DNA of 64,000 bases from a virus. Taxonomy: Duplodnaviria > Caudoviricetes. Below are positions 46,506 to 56,028 of this stretch, in pieces (position 1 is the first letter of the stretch; every line of letters starts with the position of its first letter). Both the position numbers and the translations under genes were made by a program. The notes beneath the pieces are model-generated. The model ran no database searches and had not been told where the DNA came from. It saw nothing but the letters and a program-made list of their open reading frames with translations. The DNA lies in IMG/VR virus record IMGVR_UViG_3300032030_004230. One strand, 5' to 3'.

Positions 46506-46612
46506 TTGATGCTTTGATAGCATCTGCTTTAGCACTTATATGTGCTACTGGGCTTTCATTGCTCATAGTAGTCATAGCTTGCTATTTAGATAGAAAGCAA
46601 AAGAATGACTGA
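46502..46612 (+). CDS. 36-aa single-TM peptide (MIDALIASALALICATGLSLLIVVIACYLDRKQKND), not in ORF track
   Basis: ATGA overlap with the upstream stop; hydrophobic core and basic C-terminal tail. Confidence 0.5.
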   Translation: MIDALIASALALICATGLSLLIVVIACYLDRKQKND

Positions 46613-46635
46613 GATAAGAAACTGAAAAGCTCATT

Positions 46636-46684
46636 AAAAAAGCCGCTCATTAAGAGCGGCTATTATTTTGCAACTTTCTAAATT
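46636..46684. terminator. Bidirectional terminator at the major strand switch
   Basis: 44/49 nt identical to 59-107. Confidence 0.8.
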
Positions 46685-47660
46685 ACTTCATCAATTTGAA
46701 CTTAAAGCCTTTCTTCTCACCGTCTACTGGACGATTAAGAGATCTCTTAATGATGTTTGTAAACTTATCATCAATCTCTTTTGAGACAGCTACTTTTTTG
46801 TAGTCTTCACAAATGGTCTTTATAAGACGAAGATTCATTTGAATAGATTCTTTGATAGGAAGCTTATAGCCGAGAGACTCTACTTCATAGAAGAATTTTT
46901 CTTCAGGATTCATGTTCTCAAGCTCATGCAGCTTTTTAAAGCTGTATTTAGCAGTTCTTTCTTCTATAGTTTTGAGGTCTTCACCAGTCTCGCCAATGTG
47001 TTTAATGAACTCAAATCCATAGAGCTTCAAAGGCTCGAGAACTTTTTTCTTTCTCTGAAAAAGAGCTCCTTGAATGTTATCTGAGCCGTCTCCATAAAGT
47101 GCTTTGAAGTACGTAACACTTGCAATAGTCGGCTTGAACTTATACTTTTCTTGAAATTCTTTTACTGTGAAAAGGTCTTTTGGCCCACGATTCATCATGT
47201 GAACGTTCTCAGACAGGAATCTCGACCAGTCTTCATCAGTAGTGACCATTAGAATTTTCTTATCAGAAAACTCTTTTACAATAGACTCTACATAATCATC
47301 AGCTTCATATTTGTAGCTTTCGCATTCAATTACATTTGGTCCTTGATGCAAAAAGTATCTTCTAAGAGTGTCTACACACTGAAGAATAAGTCCATCTTTC
47401 TTTCTGTTCTCTTTGTACTTCGCATTGAGTTGTTTTCTTTCTGTAGAGTATTTAAAAGAAGAGTCTACAGTCAAGTCATCTTTTGCAATAGGATCAAAAA
47501 GAAGAAATAGCTTTCCATCTGTAGAAAGCATCGGCTTCAATTCGTTCTCAATGTAGTCAATAAGATTATTTGTAATTGCAACAGTAGACTGTATAGCTAC
47601 ATGAGATTTGCGTCTATAATAAAGATTAAAGACATCAATTAAGATTAAATCGTATTTCAA
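46683..47660 (-). CDS. 5'-3' exonuclease / flap endonuclease (T4 RNase H-like)
   Basis: LIDVFNL, YKENR, YEADD, DEDW, GDGSDNIQG. Confidence 0.9.
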   Translation of the reverse strand: MKYDLILIDVFNLYYRRKSHVAIQSTVAITNNLIDYIENELKPMLSTDGKLFLLFDPIAKDDLTVDSSFKYSTERKQLNAKYKENRKKDGLILQCVDTLRRYFLHQGPNVIECESYKYEADDYVESIVKEFSDKKILMVTTDEDWSRFLSENVHMMNRGPKDLFTVKEFQEKYKFKPTIASVTYFKALYGDGSDNIQGALFQRKKKVLEPLKLYGFEFIKHIGETGEDLKTIEERTAKYSFKKLHELENMNPEEKFFYEVESLGYKLPIKESIQMNLRLIKTICEDYKKVAVSKEIDDKFTNIIKRSLNRPVDGEKKGFKFKLMK

Positions 47661-47676
47661 AAATAAGCTCCAGGTA

Positions 47677-47832
47677 CTAAAGATGCATTTTCTTTAGTGT
47701 TCTAAAATTGCCTGGTTTCTCTTTGTCTTCTACGATGCGAGTAGCATTATTGCTCTTTGCTTCGTCAAGTTGCTCAACAGTCACAGGCTTTCCGTCAAGA
47801 GTAAGCTCTTTTGTTTCTTTTGTGTTTTCCAT
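47677..47832 (-). CDS. Small hypothetical protein (51 aa, MENTKETKELTLDGKPV...), not in ORF track
   Basis: AGGAG SD, ACTAAT motif upstream (47854-47859). Confidence 0.65.
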   Translation of the reverse strand: MENTKETKELTLDGKPVTVEQLDEAKSNNATRIVEDKEKPGNFRTLKKMHL

Positions 47833-47971
47833 AAAGGATTCTCCTTGCTAATAATTAGTCTTTCCTGTGAATTCGATCAACTTAGTTAATAATAGAATAT
47901 TAACTTACTATTCTGAAACAGCAATAGGACTCATGTAGGAATGAGCCCTGTATTTTTGAAATTTTAAAGAC

Positions 47972-48349
47972 TTATATAGACTTTGCGTCTTCTTTTTCAC
48001 AAGCAATTTCAGCATTCATATCAAAGTACATTTTCTCAAGAGTTTCATAGATGTCTTCAATATTGTAAGCTTCTCTTCTGTCTTCGTTGTCTCGCAAGAA
48101 CTCATAAAGACTAAGAAGTCGCTTTTTGTTAAAGCATACTGCATAATTAAGAACAGCAAAATCATAACCAGCTTCCCAAATCTTCTGATTAGACAATGCT
48201 GAGAAAGTTTTGCCTGTCTCATCAGTCCATGCAGCAGTGCCATCTTTCTTGAAAATACATGCACTTGGACCAGCAGACATGCCTTCTCTAAAATTGGCTG
48301 TCTCTAGCCATTTCTCGTACTCAGGATTTTTCTTTTCATTAAGAGCCAT
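47972..48349 (-). CDS. Hypothetical protein
   Basis: 125 aa, GGAG SD. Confidence 0.7.
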   Translation of the reverse strand: MALNEKKNPEYEKWLETANFREGMSAGPSACIFKKDGTAAWTDETGKTFSALSNQKIWEAGYDFAVLNYAVCFNKKRLLSLYEFLRDNEDRREAYNIEDIYETLEKMYFDMNAEIACEKEDAKSI

Positions 48350-48370
48350 ACATTAGTCTCCAACATATAA

Positions 48371-48757
48371 TTATTTTTTCACCCATTCCAGAAAGTTCAT
48401 TTCTGAGAAAGTTCCCTTATCTTTAGCTTTTTCAATTCTTGCATTTGTAATGTCTTCATTGCTGATAGAGAATTGTCTCTTCACAATGTCAAGAACTTCA
48501 AACAAATCTGCAAACTCTTCAATAAGAAGCTCATGTTCAAGTGTATGATCACCGGGCTCAACTTCTGTTACATGATCGTACCATGCATAAGCACTTGCAA
48601 GCTCTTTTGCTTCTTCTTCAATTTTGTTTGCTATTGCATCAATGTACTCTTTAGTAAACTTCTTTATTTGATGGACTTTGAGAGCATTCCCGTCTTTCAT
48701 TATCAATTGTGGTACTTTATCTCTCACCAGTTTTTCGTATTTTATCTTTCTTCTCAT
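48371..48757 (-). CDS. MazG/PRA-PH-like NTP pyrophosphohydrolase
   Basis: KLVRDKVP, EEEAKE, EEFADLFEV, R..K...KG.F. Confidence 0.85.
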   Translation of the reverse strand: MRRKIKYEKLVRDKVPQLIMKDGNALKVHQIKKFTKEYIDAIANKIEEEAKELASAYAWYDHVTEVEPGDHTLEHELLIEEFADLFEVLDIVKRQFSISNEDITNARIEKAKDKGTFSEMNFLEWVKK

Positions 48758-48876
48758 AAAAGCTCTTCCATACTACAAATAAAACAAATAAAGCAAAAAC
48801 AACAAGCTCCATTACGCCAACTACTACAAACATTTTCAAGCACCCAATAAGAAGTACTTTTAAAATTGTCATAAAG

Positions 48877-49179
48877 TCACTCACTTGCGTAATCTGCAAC
48901 TACTGGACAATAGAATAGCTTGAAGCCTTCATCTTTGTAGTACTCATATCTTAATGAATGTGCACCTTCTAACCACAAGTAGACTTCATTTTCTGCAATG
49001 TCATACATGTGAAGCATCTCTTGCAAAGCATCTTCTTTGATCTGATCTAAAGCTTCAAGGTCATCTAATTCCTTAAGATAACCTAAAGATTTTTCAATGT
49101 CTACTACTTTCGCCCAATCAAAAAACGCCATAATAGATGCTATTGATTTTGCAACTTTAAGTGGCATAGATTCTTTCAT
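48877..49179 (-). CDS. Hypothetical protein
   Basis: 100 aa. Confidence 0.65.
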   Translation of the reverse strand: MKESMPLKVAKSIASIMAFFDWAKVVDIEKSLGYLKELDDLEALDQIKEDALQEMLHMYDIAENEVYLWLEGAHSLRYEYYKDEGFKLFYCPVVADYASE

Positions 49180-49182
49180 ACG

Positions 49183-49644
49183 TTACCATCTCCACATATC
49201 ATCAGTCATATCAGGCGCAGACAAACACAACTTATATCGATAATATTTCTTGCCTACTTCAGCAATTGGCATATACTTTAATCTGCCATTTATTCTTAAC
49301 TCTGAATAAAAAACTCTATCAGGAACAGGCTTTTTTCCATTGAAAGCTTCGTTAAAAGTCTTTGAGTCTACAGCTATCGACTTCATCAGATTCTCAACTG
49401 TATTTACAAGATACGCTTCAAATGTTCTTGCGTCTTCTGACTCTTGAATTACTTCACCGATACTGTTGACAACAATCCATTTCTGATTGGTTGTAGCATT
49501 CAACTCATGTACAAAATACCACATTGCTTTGTGATCAGGATCGTCCCATCTAGATGCATCATCTTTGCTGTCAGTAAGTGAATAGTGACCACAAAGATTT
49601 ACAAAATATGAATTATGCTCAAGTCTTCTAATATAGTACCACAT
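49183..49644 (-). CDS. Hypothetical protein
   Basis: GTTAAT-N8-ATG places the start at 49644. Confidence 0.7.
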   Translation of the reverse strand: MWYYIRRLEHNSYFVNLCGHYSLTDSKDDASRWDDPDHKAMWYFVHELNATTNQKWIVVNSIGEVIQESEDARTFEAYLVNTVENLMKSIAVDSKTFNEAFNGKKPVPDRVFYSELRINGRLKYMPIAEVGKKYYRYKLCLSAPDMTDDMWRW

Positions 49645-49659
49645 AATCAAAGATTAACC

Positions 49660-50823
49660 CTAGTCATTTACTGGAGTCACTACAAATTCTTTTGAAGACA
49701 TTGTTTCAGCAAAGATTTTAAGAGCATCTTCTGCACTTTTTGCTGCAATTATGATGTCGCCTTTGTGCGTAATTCTGAACTTTCTTTCAAGTGATGATGT
49801 CAAGCAATACTCATAGTAGGGACTAAGACCTGCAGACTCAAAGTCTAAGTCTTCCCATTTATCTGCTTCATAATCTGACATGCAAGGATGCACATTACGA
49901 TATGAGACTTTCTTCCCATCGAGAATCCACTTCATTACAGTCTTTAAGTCTGTAGTAGTACTTTCATTCACTGCTCTTTTTGCTTTCTCTGCTAAGAATT
50001 CTGTAAATTTTTTGTCCCAGTAATGACCTTGAGCATTAGAAAGCAGTAAACCGTTTATGTAAAGCCACTTTTCAAACTCTGACAATGATGTTTTTGTAAG
50101 ATTCTTCTTTTCAGCCCAATCGCCTATAGATATCATGCTGATAGAGTCTTTATGCATGTTGGCACTTTCCAGACATGCAAAACGAATGAGGAATGACCAA
50201 CCCTTGTCAACAGGGTCTTCGTCTGAAACTACATAAACTGTGCCTGTGCTTGGATCAACGAACACTGACCAGGGATACGCAGTCAACAAGCTATTATGAC
50301 TAAAATGGTCTAATTCAGTAGATGCTGTGGCGTCCGACTTAGCATTGCTAAGAAGAAACTCTTCATAGATTTGCATCCATTCTGCAAAAGACGCATTTTT
50401 GGTCATTGGATGCTTATCTTTTTTATAGGCAATAAAGCGGTCTTTGTTAAAAGCATCTTTCTTTAAGTCTTTGAAAAACTTATCAACATTCATAGTTTTC
50501 TCCTGAGTATTCTTAAATGCAAAAAGAATTGCAATTGAAGCACTTGAGCATGCAGTTGGATCAACACATATATGTGATGCCAAAAATGACTGGTAGGTGA
50601 CTTCAGTCATTTGTGTCCAGTACACTGGGCTAACCCCAGACTTTTCCCATCCGCCATCATTGACATAGTATATTTCAGAATAGCATGCATAGTAATGACA
50701 GCCATTTGAATCAGTGAGAATAGCGTACCAATGACGATACTTTCCAGTCAAAGGATTTTCATTTGCTACATTGTCATAGCGTTTTTCATGATAAGAAACG
50801 TAGTACTTAAGATTCTCACTCAT
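49660..50823 (-). CDS. Hypothetical multi-domain protein
   Basis: 387 aa, ATGA overlap. Confidence 0.75.
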   Translation of the reverse strand: MSENLKYYVSYHEKRYDNVANENPLTGKYRHWYAILTDSNGCHYYACYSEIYYVNDGGWEKSGVSPVYWTQMTEVTYQSFLASHICVDPTACSSASIAILFAFKNTQEKTMNVDKFFKDLKKDAFNKDRFIAYKKDKHPMTKNASFAEWMQIYEEFLLSNAKSDATASTELDHFSHNSLLTAYPWSVFVDPSTGTVYVVSDEDPVDKGWSFLIRFACLESANMHKDSISMISIGDWAEKKNLTKTSLSEFEKWLYINGLLLSNAQGHYWDKKFTEFLAEKAKRAVNESTTTDLKTVMKWILDGKKVSYRNVHPCMSDYEADKWEDLDFESAGLSPYYEYCLTSSLERKFRITHKGDIIIAAKSAEDALKIFAETMSSKEFVVTPVND

Positions 50824-51347
50824 TTCTTAGGCTCCCAATTCACAATAGCGTCTTTTATCTCTTTATCATCAAACTGTCTGTCAATACGAATAATAAATGA
50901 TCCACGAATCAATGCATGAGTACAATCGTCAACTGAACTAAGATACTTATTAAAAGCACTTAGGCATCGATTTGCTGCATCATTAGCAAGATCATTACAA
51001 CGACTGTAGCCAAATTGCTTTTTTCGCTCTTCTTTTTCCTCAAAAGATGTTTGCTCGCTCAAGCCCAAAATACAGCGTTCAAAACTTGCAGGAACAATCA
51101 AATTCTCAATTGAGAAGTCAAGCTCATTCTTATTATAATGATACTCAAATCGCTCTACATGATGATCATAGAGCGCTTGCAGCCTTTCTTCTATCGTATA
51201 GTAACCACTACCAATAGACATTTCTTCATCGGTCCGTTTTTTAGATATTTTTTGGCCTTTCAATATCTTAACAATCAGCTCTTTCACTAAAAATGAGATT
51301 AAGCCAATAAATAAAAGTGCACCAAAAATTGGGAGAATATACGCCAT
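50820..51347 (-). CDS. Membrane-anchored protein
   Basis: N-terminal TM, GGAGG SD. Confidence 0.7.
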   Translation of the reverse strand: MAYILPIFGALLFIGLISFLVKELIVKILKGQKISKKRTDEEMSIGSGYYTIEERLQALYDHHVERFEYHYNKNELDFSIENLIVPASFERCILGLSEQTSFEEKEERKKQFGYSRCNDLANDAANRCLSAFNKYLSSVDDCTHALIRGSFIIRIDRQFDDKEIKDAIVNWEPKK

Positions 51348-51350
51348 GTC

Positions 51351-51785
51351 TTACCTCCAAAGCCCAATTGCAGGAAAGTATAAGATTGCAACAAACAAAA
51401 TGCATGCAATATGTGCCAACTGATCTTGTACAAGATTAATTTTGAGCTTATTTGCTTTTGCATCGTCAATAAAATAATGTGAGCTTGTCAAAAATATAAT
51501 AGCAGGGATAAAGAGAAACCATGAATTGAGTAGAGTCTTAAAATGCTCTGAAATCAGCATGTCAATAATCATTGGAAGCATTACAAAAATTGCATTTTCA
51601 AAGCTATGTGCAAAAAGACTCATCTTAAAGTCATCTTTATACTTTTTAGAGTCCACATTCTCTTTTTTGCATTCTTTTAACCACCAAGTCTTTTGCTTAA
51701 GATTCGCTAAGCAGCCTTGAATATGGAAGTCTTCGATGTAATGCATCAAGAACATCAAGAGGACTATAAAGATTTTATAGCTCAT
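51351..51785 (-). CDS. DUF3307-like membrane protein
   Basis: H.x.D.F..Q, H..ID..K and DQ..H motifs within TM helices. Confidence 0.75.
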   Translation of the reverse strand: MSYKIFIVLLMFLMHYIEDFHIQGCLANLKQKTWWLKECKKENVDSKKYKDDFKMSLFAHSFENAIFVMLPMIIDMLISEHFKTLLNSWFLFIPAIIFLTSSHYFIDDAKANKLKINLVQDQLAHIACILFVAILYFPAIGLWR

Positions 51786-52492
51786 CGTAGCACCTCAGTT
51801 TTGTCTTCACATATCTTTAAGAAGTCGGCATACATTGCATTTGTGTCAATCATCTTAAAGTCTTCTCTATTTTCTGGAAGAATAAAGTTGACTGTTCCTT
51901 TATTCAAGTTTCCGTTCTTGTCAAAATAATGATTATTCCATGCTTCAGCATTCTCAATAACAAGCTTTGCATTTGTTTCCCATAGAGGAATATTCTTATA
52001 ATTGCTATCACAGTACTGCACATAGTCAGAATAGTTTCCATTGTCATACAAAACTGATTGCTTATTAAATTCTGATACTGAAAAGCCGAGAAAAACAACT
52101 CCGAAGAAAGCTGCCAGAAAAGCAAGAACACAATACATAGACCAGGGACCAGCATTAGAAAATCGAAGATTTCTTTTAAAGAACTCAGCAACATACTTAC
52201 CGGGCCATTTGCAATATTTGTTCCATGCTTTATTTAGCTTCTCATAATGTCTCTTTAAGTCGGGATATTTTTCTGTATTGTTAGAGTTGATTTCTGCAAA
52301 TTCATTCACAGAGTACGATGAGACATGGTACAATGAGCAGAAGTCTCTATTCAAAGTGTCCCAGTGAGAATGTAGTCTCTCATTTATAAGCCAAAAAATG
52401 AAATGAACAAGCATTTTGAGCAGTACAACCCCAAAAGTGCCGATTAAGATTAAGCTTACCAAAATGTCAAAATGATACTTTTCAAAATTCAT
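51782..52492 (-). CDS. Membrane protein (2 TM)
   Basis: 236 aa with two hydrophobic segments. Confidence 0.7.
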   Translation of the reverse strand: MNFEKYHFDILVSLILIGTFGVVLLKMLVHFIFWLINERLHSHWDTLNRDFCSLYHVSSYSVNEFAEINSNNTEKYPDLKRHYEKLNKAWNKYCKWPGKYVAEFFKRNLRFSNAGPWSMYCVLAFLAAFFGVVFLGFSVSEFNKQSVLYDNGNYSDYVQYCDSNYKNIPLWETNAKLVIENAEAWNNHYFDKNGNLNKGTVNFILPENREDFKMIDTNAMYADFLKICEDKTEVLR

Positions 52493-52989
52493 TATCTGAA
52501 CCTCACTTGTGATATATCTCTTTCTGGAATGGAGTCTTTGACTTTTTCAATTTCGTCAAGTAGTCTTGCTATTACATTAACAGGATCAGAAAGACACTCA
52601 TCATAGAGTTTCTTAGCTCGTTCATGAAGTTCTTGCTTATGCTTACGTTCTGCTTCTGCTGCTTGCTCTTCTCTGATTTTTTTCATCATTGGCTGAACGA
52701 GCTTTTCAAAATTCTCGTAAGAACAATCAAAAGGCTTCATTGGCAATTCACTATATGGCAATGGATTGCTAAGCGAATATTCTGCCCATTTACGAATTTG
52801 TTTTTCAGAAGGATTTTCATTCACATTCTTAAGATAGCAGTCATGGCAAATCGTACCGTATTCTTCTTCCCATAGACAAATCGTGTTTTTTGACTTATAA
52901 GGCTTTTTGCAAACATCACATTTTACGTCCCAATTTTTTGGGTCATGAATATCTTGAAAAAAGTCTTTGTCCTCTAAATTTAAGTTCAT
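52492..52989 (-). CDS. Hypothetical zinc-finger protein
   Basis: CDVC...CHDC. Confidence 0.7.
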   Translation of the reverse strand: MNLNLEDKDFFQDIHDPKNWDVKCDVCKKPYKSKNTICLWEEEYGTICHDCYLKNVNENPSEKQIRKWAEYSLSNPLPYSELPMKPFDCSYENFEKLVQPMMKKIREEQAAEAERKHKQELHERAKKLYDECLSDPVNVIARLLDEIEKVKDSIPERDISQVRFR

Positions 52990-53420
52990 AGTCTTGCGCC
53001 CATGTAAAGATTTGAGACATCGTCTGCACAGTCATTTTCCCAGTTGATGAGCCATGCTTTTTTGAACATCTTTCCAACATTTATGCTTTCATCAGCATTA
53101 ATCCAATAAACGCAGTCATTATCATTACATGTGAGACGATTTATGATTGAAATTGCATCTGTAAAGTATTCATTCCATTTGCCAGACCCATTTTTTCCAG
53201 CCCAAAGGTGAATAATAACATTCTCGTATTCCTCACCTGGAGAACAATCTTCTGGAACAGCTTTTGCAACATAGTCAATTTCAAAGCCATTGTCTTCTGT
53301 ACCTACAAGGCCAAACCTTACTTTGTTGATAAAATTTTGATCTTCAACCAAAGTCCAAATTTCACCGTACTTTTTACCATCTACAGCAACACGGTCTTTT
53401 AATGTCATTACGTCCATCAT
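52986..53420 (-). CDS. Hypothetical protein
   Basis: AGGAG SD before MMDVM. Confidence 0.7.
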   Translation of the reverse strand: MMDVMTLKDRVAVDGKKYGEIWTLVEDQNFINKVRFGLVGTEDNGFEIDYVAKAVPEDCSPGEEYENVIIHLWAGKNGSGKWNEYFTDAISIINRLTCNDNDCVYWINADESINVGKMFKKAWLINWENDCADDVSNLYMGARL

Positions 53421-53431
53421 TTTTCTCCTTT

Positions 53432-54262
53432 TTATAAGTAATTGAGCCAACTATTATCGAGCATTGCCCATAAGAAGATGAGAGTGACACCAACTGTAAT
53501 GAACATTGCCCAAAAAAAGATTAACCAGCCATTTCCCATAAGCATGCTTTCACGAAGTGCTTCAAAATCTTCTGGCGTGTTATTTTTGTCATGGATTGCA
53601 TTGTCAGTTCCAACATCTCTGTTGTTGATGTTTATGAACGTAATTCCTGAACACTCAAGTGGATAGGCTCGAATTGTCCATCTGTCACTTCCAGAACGAT
53701 TGTAGCCAACTTGATGACAGCCGTTGAACTTGAATGTGCCGTATGGAAATTCTATACCTGCAAACTTTATTCTTCCAACATGAAGCCAATTGTTCCAAAC
53801 AGTGTCCCATGTGTAATAGACTTCAGTACGTGTATGTGTTTTTCCATTGACTGTATAATGCACAATTCGTGTATGGCGCGTGTAATGTTCTTTCTCAATG
53901 CCGATAACTGAGTATTTGCCATTTGCCTGATTGACAGCAGCTCTCATACCACTCTCATTTTTGTTGTAATGGCTTATCCAACTTTCAGCAGTTACGTATC
54001 CAACAGCTTCGAGCTTTCCATAAGCGAAAACATCCGCTCCTTGTTCTGTCTCATAGGCCTGTTTGAATGTGTCATTGTCTTGGATTACATAAGCATTCAT
54101 ATACTTCAAGTTGTGTTTGTCAATAGCAGCCACAATCTTTCCGTGAATGAACATTCCCAAGACTATGTAGATGGCGAGAATACCAATTCCGAAAATCAGT
54201 TCTCGTGCTGTGATTTCGCCATAACCTGGAAGATAGAACAAAACAGCTGGATGTTTATTCAT
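53432..54262 (-). CDS. LemA-associated membrane protein (N- and C-terminal TM)
   Basis: TM-soluble-TM layout, EKEHYTRH..YYTWD; directly downstream of lemA. Confidence 0.7.
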   Translation of the reverse strand: MNKHPAVLFYLPGYGEITARELIFGIGILAIYIVLGMFIHGKIVAAIDKHNLKYMNAYVIQDNDTFKQAYETEQGADVFAYGKLEAVGYVTAESWISHYNKNESGMRAAVNQANGKYSVIGIEKEHYTRHTRIVHYTVNGKTHTRTEVYYTWDTVWNNWLHVGRIKFAGIEFPYGTFKFNGCHQVGYNRSGSDRWTIRAYPLECSGITFININNRDVGTDNAIHDKNNTPEDFEALRESMLMGNGWLIFFWAMFITVGVTLIFLWAMLDNSWLNYL

Positions 54263-54273
54263 TTTATGTCTCC

Positions 54274-54864
54274 TTAGAGTGTTGCAGGTTTACCCTGATT
54301 TGGAAGTTTTACTGATGAACCATCATAGAGGTCTTCAAACTCGATGACTTCATAGCCAACCATATCAAGGAAATTGCGGCGAGGCCAAGCCCGTGTGCAT
54401 CTTCGATAATCTGCTTTTGCCCGTGCATATGCTTTATGACTCTGTGCAACTTTTGAATTGTACCGCTGTACAGCTGTCATATATTCTTTGTATAGTTCTG
54501 CTGCTTTAAGTTCTGGATAAGCTTCATGTACTGCATTGATATAGATCTTCGCCTGCTCATTTGCCTTTGCCAATGTTTCACTGTTCTTAGAAATTGCTGC
54601 TGATGAATTTCCACCAACACGTGCGGCCACAATCTTTTCGAGAGCTTCGCCCTCATAGTTCTTGTAGTCTTTTACCGACGCAACCAAAGCTTCAAGTGAA
54701 TTGAACATCTCATTCTGAGAAGCTGCAATCACATCAAGCTGTTCAGTTACTGCCTGTTCTTTTGAAAGTGCTGTGTTCTGTGTTGTGAACACTCCAACTA
54801 CAACAGCAAGTGTTACAAGAACGACTGCTGTAATTGTAATGACAATTGTACCTGCTTTACTCAT
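54274..54864 (-). CDS. LemA family protein
   Basis: N-terminal TM, LVASVKDY..YE, EAYPELKA, WP...FL..GY. Confidence 0.85.
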   Translation of the reverse strand: MSKAGTIVITITAVVLVTLAVVVGVFTTQNTALSKEQAVTEQLDVIAASQNEMFNSLEALVASVKDYKNYEGEALEKIVAARVGGNSSAAISKNSETLAKANEQAKIYINAVHEAYPELKAAELYKEYMTAVQRYNSKVAQSHKAYARAKADYRRCTRAWPRRNFLDMVGYEVIEFEDLYDGSSVKLPNQGKPATL

Positions 54865-54913
54865 CTATTTCCTCCATGTGATGAATAACTGTGTAATGAT
54901 GCAGTTTTTGATG

Positions 54914-55192
54914 TCATATCTTCTTAAACCGCACCCCTTTATCTTTCAAAAATGCATAGATGCCATTTAGATCGTCCATCTTTGCTTTTGTAAAGACATA
55001 TTTAGGGAATAGCTTATTGGGGTCTCTCTCAAGACAAGCAATAAGATCACCTTTATGAAAAACATTAATAAGATCAGCTTCAACACCTTGATTGAATTCA
55101 GCAGTGTAACTTTCCCAAAGGTACGGAAGCCTGTGACTGCCTCTTATGCAATGCTTATTTTCTTTGTTTAGTGCATCAGTCTCTATGCTCAT
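54914..55192 (-). CDS. Hypothetical protein
   Basis: GAGG SD before MSIETD. Confidence 0.6.
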   Translation of the reverse strand: MSIETDALNKENKHCIRGSHRLPYLWESYTAEFNQGVEADLINVFHKGDLIACLERDPNKLFPKYVFTKAKMDDLNGIYAFLKDKGVRFKKI

Positions 55193-55526
55193 CTGCACTG
55201 TCCTCTTCTGCTGAGAGCAAATCTGCATAAGCTTTCTGAGCGCCAGCATCATCAAGACTATTCGGATTAAGTCCAGCTTGCCGGGCAATCAAGTCAAGCT
55301 TTGCATTCAAATGCTTTATCTCATGCATAAAATTAAAAACTATTCCTTTGCTAACACTAAACAAAAGAAAACAACCACAAGCAAATAATGCAGCTACCAT
55401 CTTTCCAGTTTCGCCTTTCGAAGCGTGTATACCTGCAAAAACAGCCCACATAACAAACAACAAGAGATCGATAGCAATATCTCCAGTACTCTTTAAAATA
55501 TCTTTTTTACTGCGTTTAGTAACCAT
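55176..55526 (-). CDS. Membrane protein (2 TM)
   Basis: 116 aa, GAGG SD. Confidence 0.65.
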   Translation of the reverse strand: MVTKRSKKDILKSTGDIAIDLLLFVMWAVFAGIHASKGETGKMVAALFACGCFLLFSVSKGIVFNFMHEIKHLNAKLDLIARQAGLNPNSLDDAGAQKAYADLLSAEEDSADEHRD

Positions 55527-55920
55527 ACAAATACCTCACTTCTACACTGTCTGAGTGCATAATAACTTTTGGTTTTTCAAGAATTTTCACTGAGTCTTCT
55601 GTAAGACTTTTGCAGTAGGTGAGAATATGATTTCGCACAAGTGCAGGAAGCCAAGTCTTCCAATTTCTTTTCTTGAAAAGCTCAGAAAGAATAGCTTCAT
55701 TTTCAGTGAAGTAATTAAGCTTCAAGCAAAATTTGAAGCCTGCTAGTTCTAAAGTCTTGTCAAAATAGTTGTCAAAGTACCATAAATCCTGCGGAATCAT
55801 TCTTGCAATCGATATGACAATATATGCAAACATCTTTACATGTGAATTTTTGCAGTATAATTTTGCGCAATTGAAGCACCAATCAAAAGATTTCTTATTC
55901 ATTTCATCTGGGAAAATCAT
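55516..55920 (-). CDS. Hypothetical protein
   Basis: 134 aa. Confidence 0.65.
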   Translation of the reverse strand: MIFPDEMNKKSFDWCFNCAKLYCKNSHVKMFAYIVISIARMIPQDLWYFDNYFDKTLELAGFKFCLKLNYFTENEAILSELFKKRNWKTWLPALVRNHILTYCKSLTEDSVKILEKPKVIMHSDSVEVRYLYGY

Positions 55921-56028
55921 TTCACAAAAGTCCTCTCAATAACAAAAATTACACTTGCAATACAGCAGAAAAGATGAATAAAATCAATCTTTTCTACCAT
56001 ATTAAATAATATAATAGAACTTCTCTAA

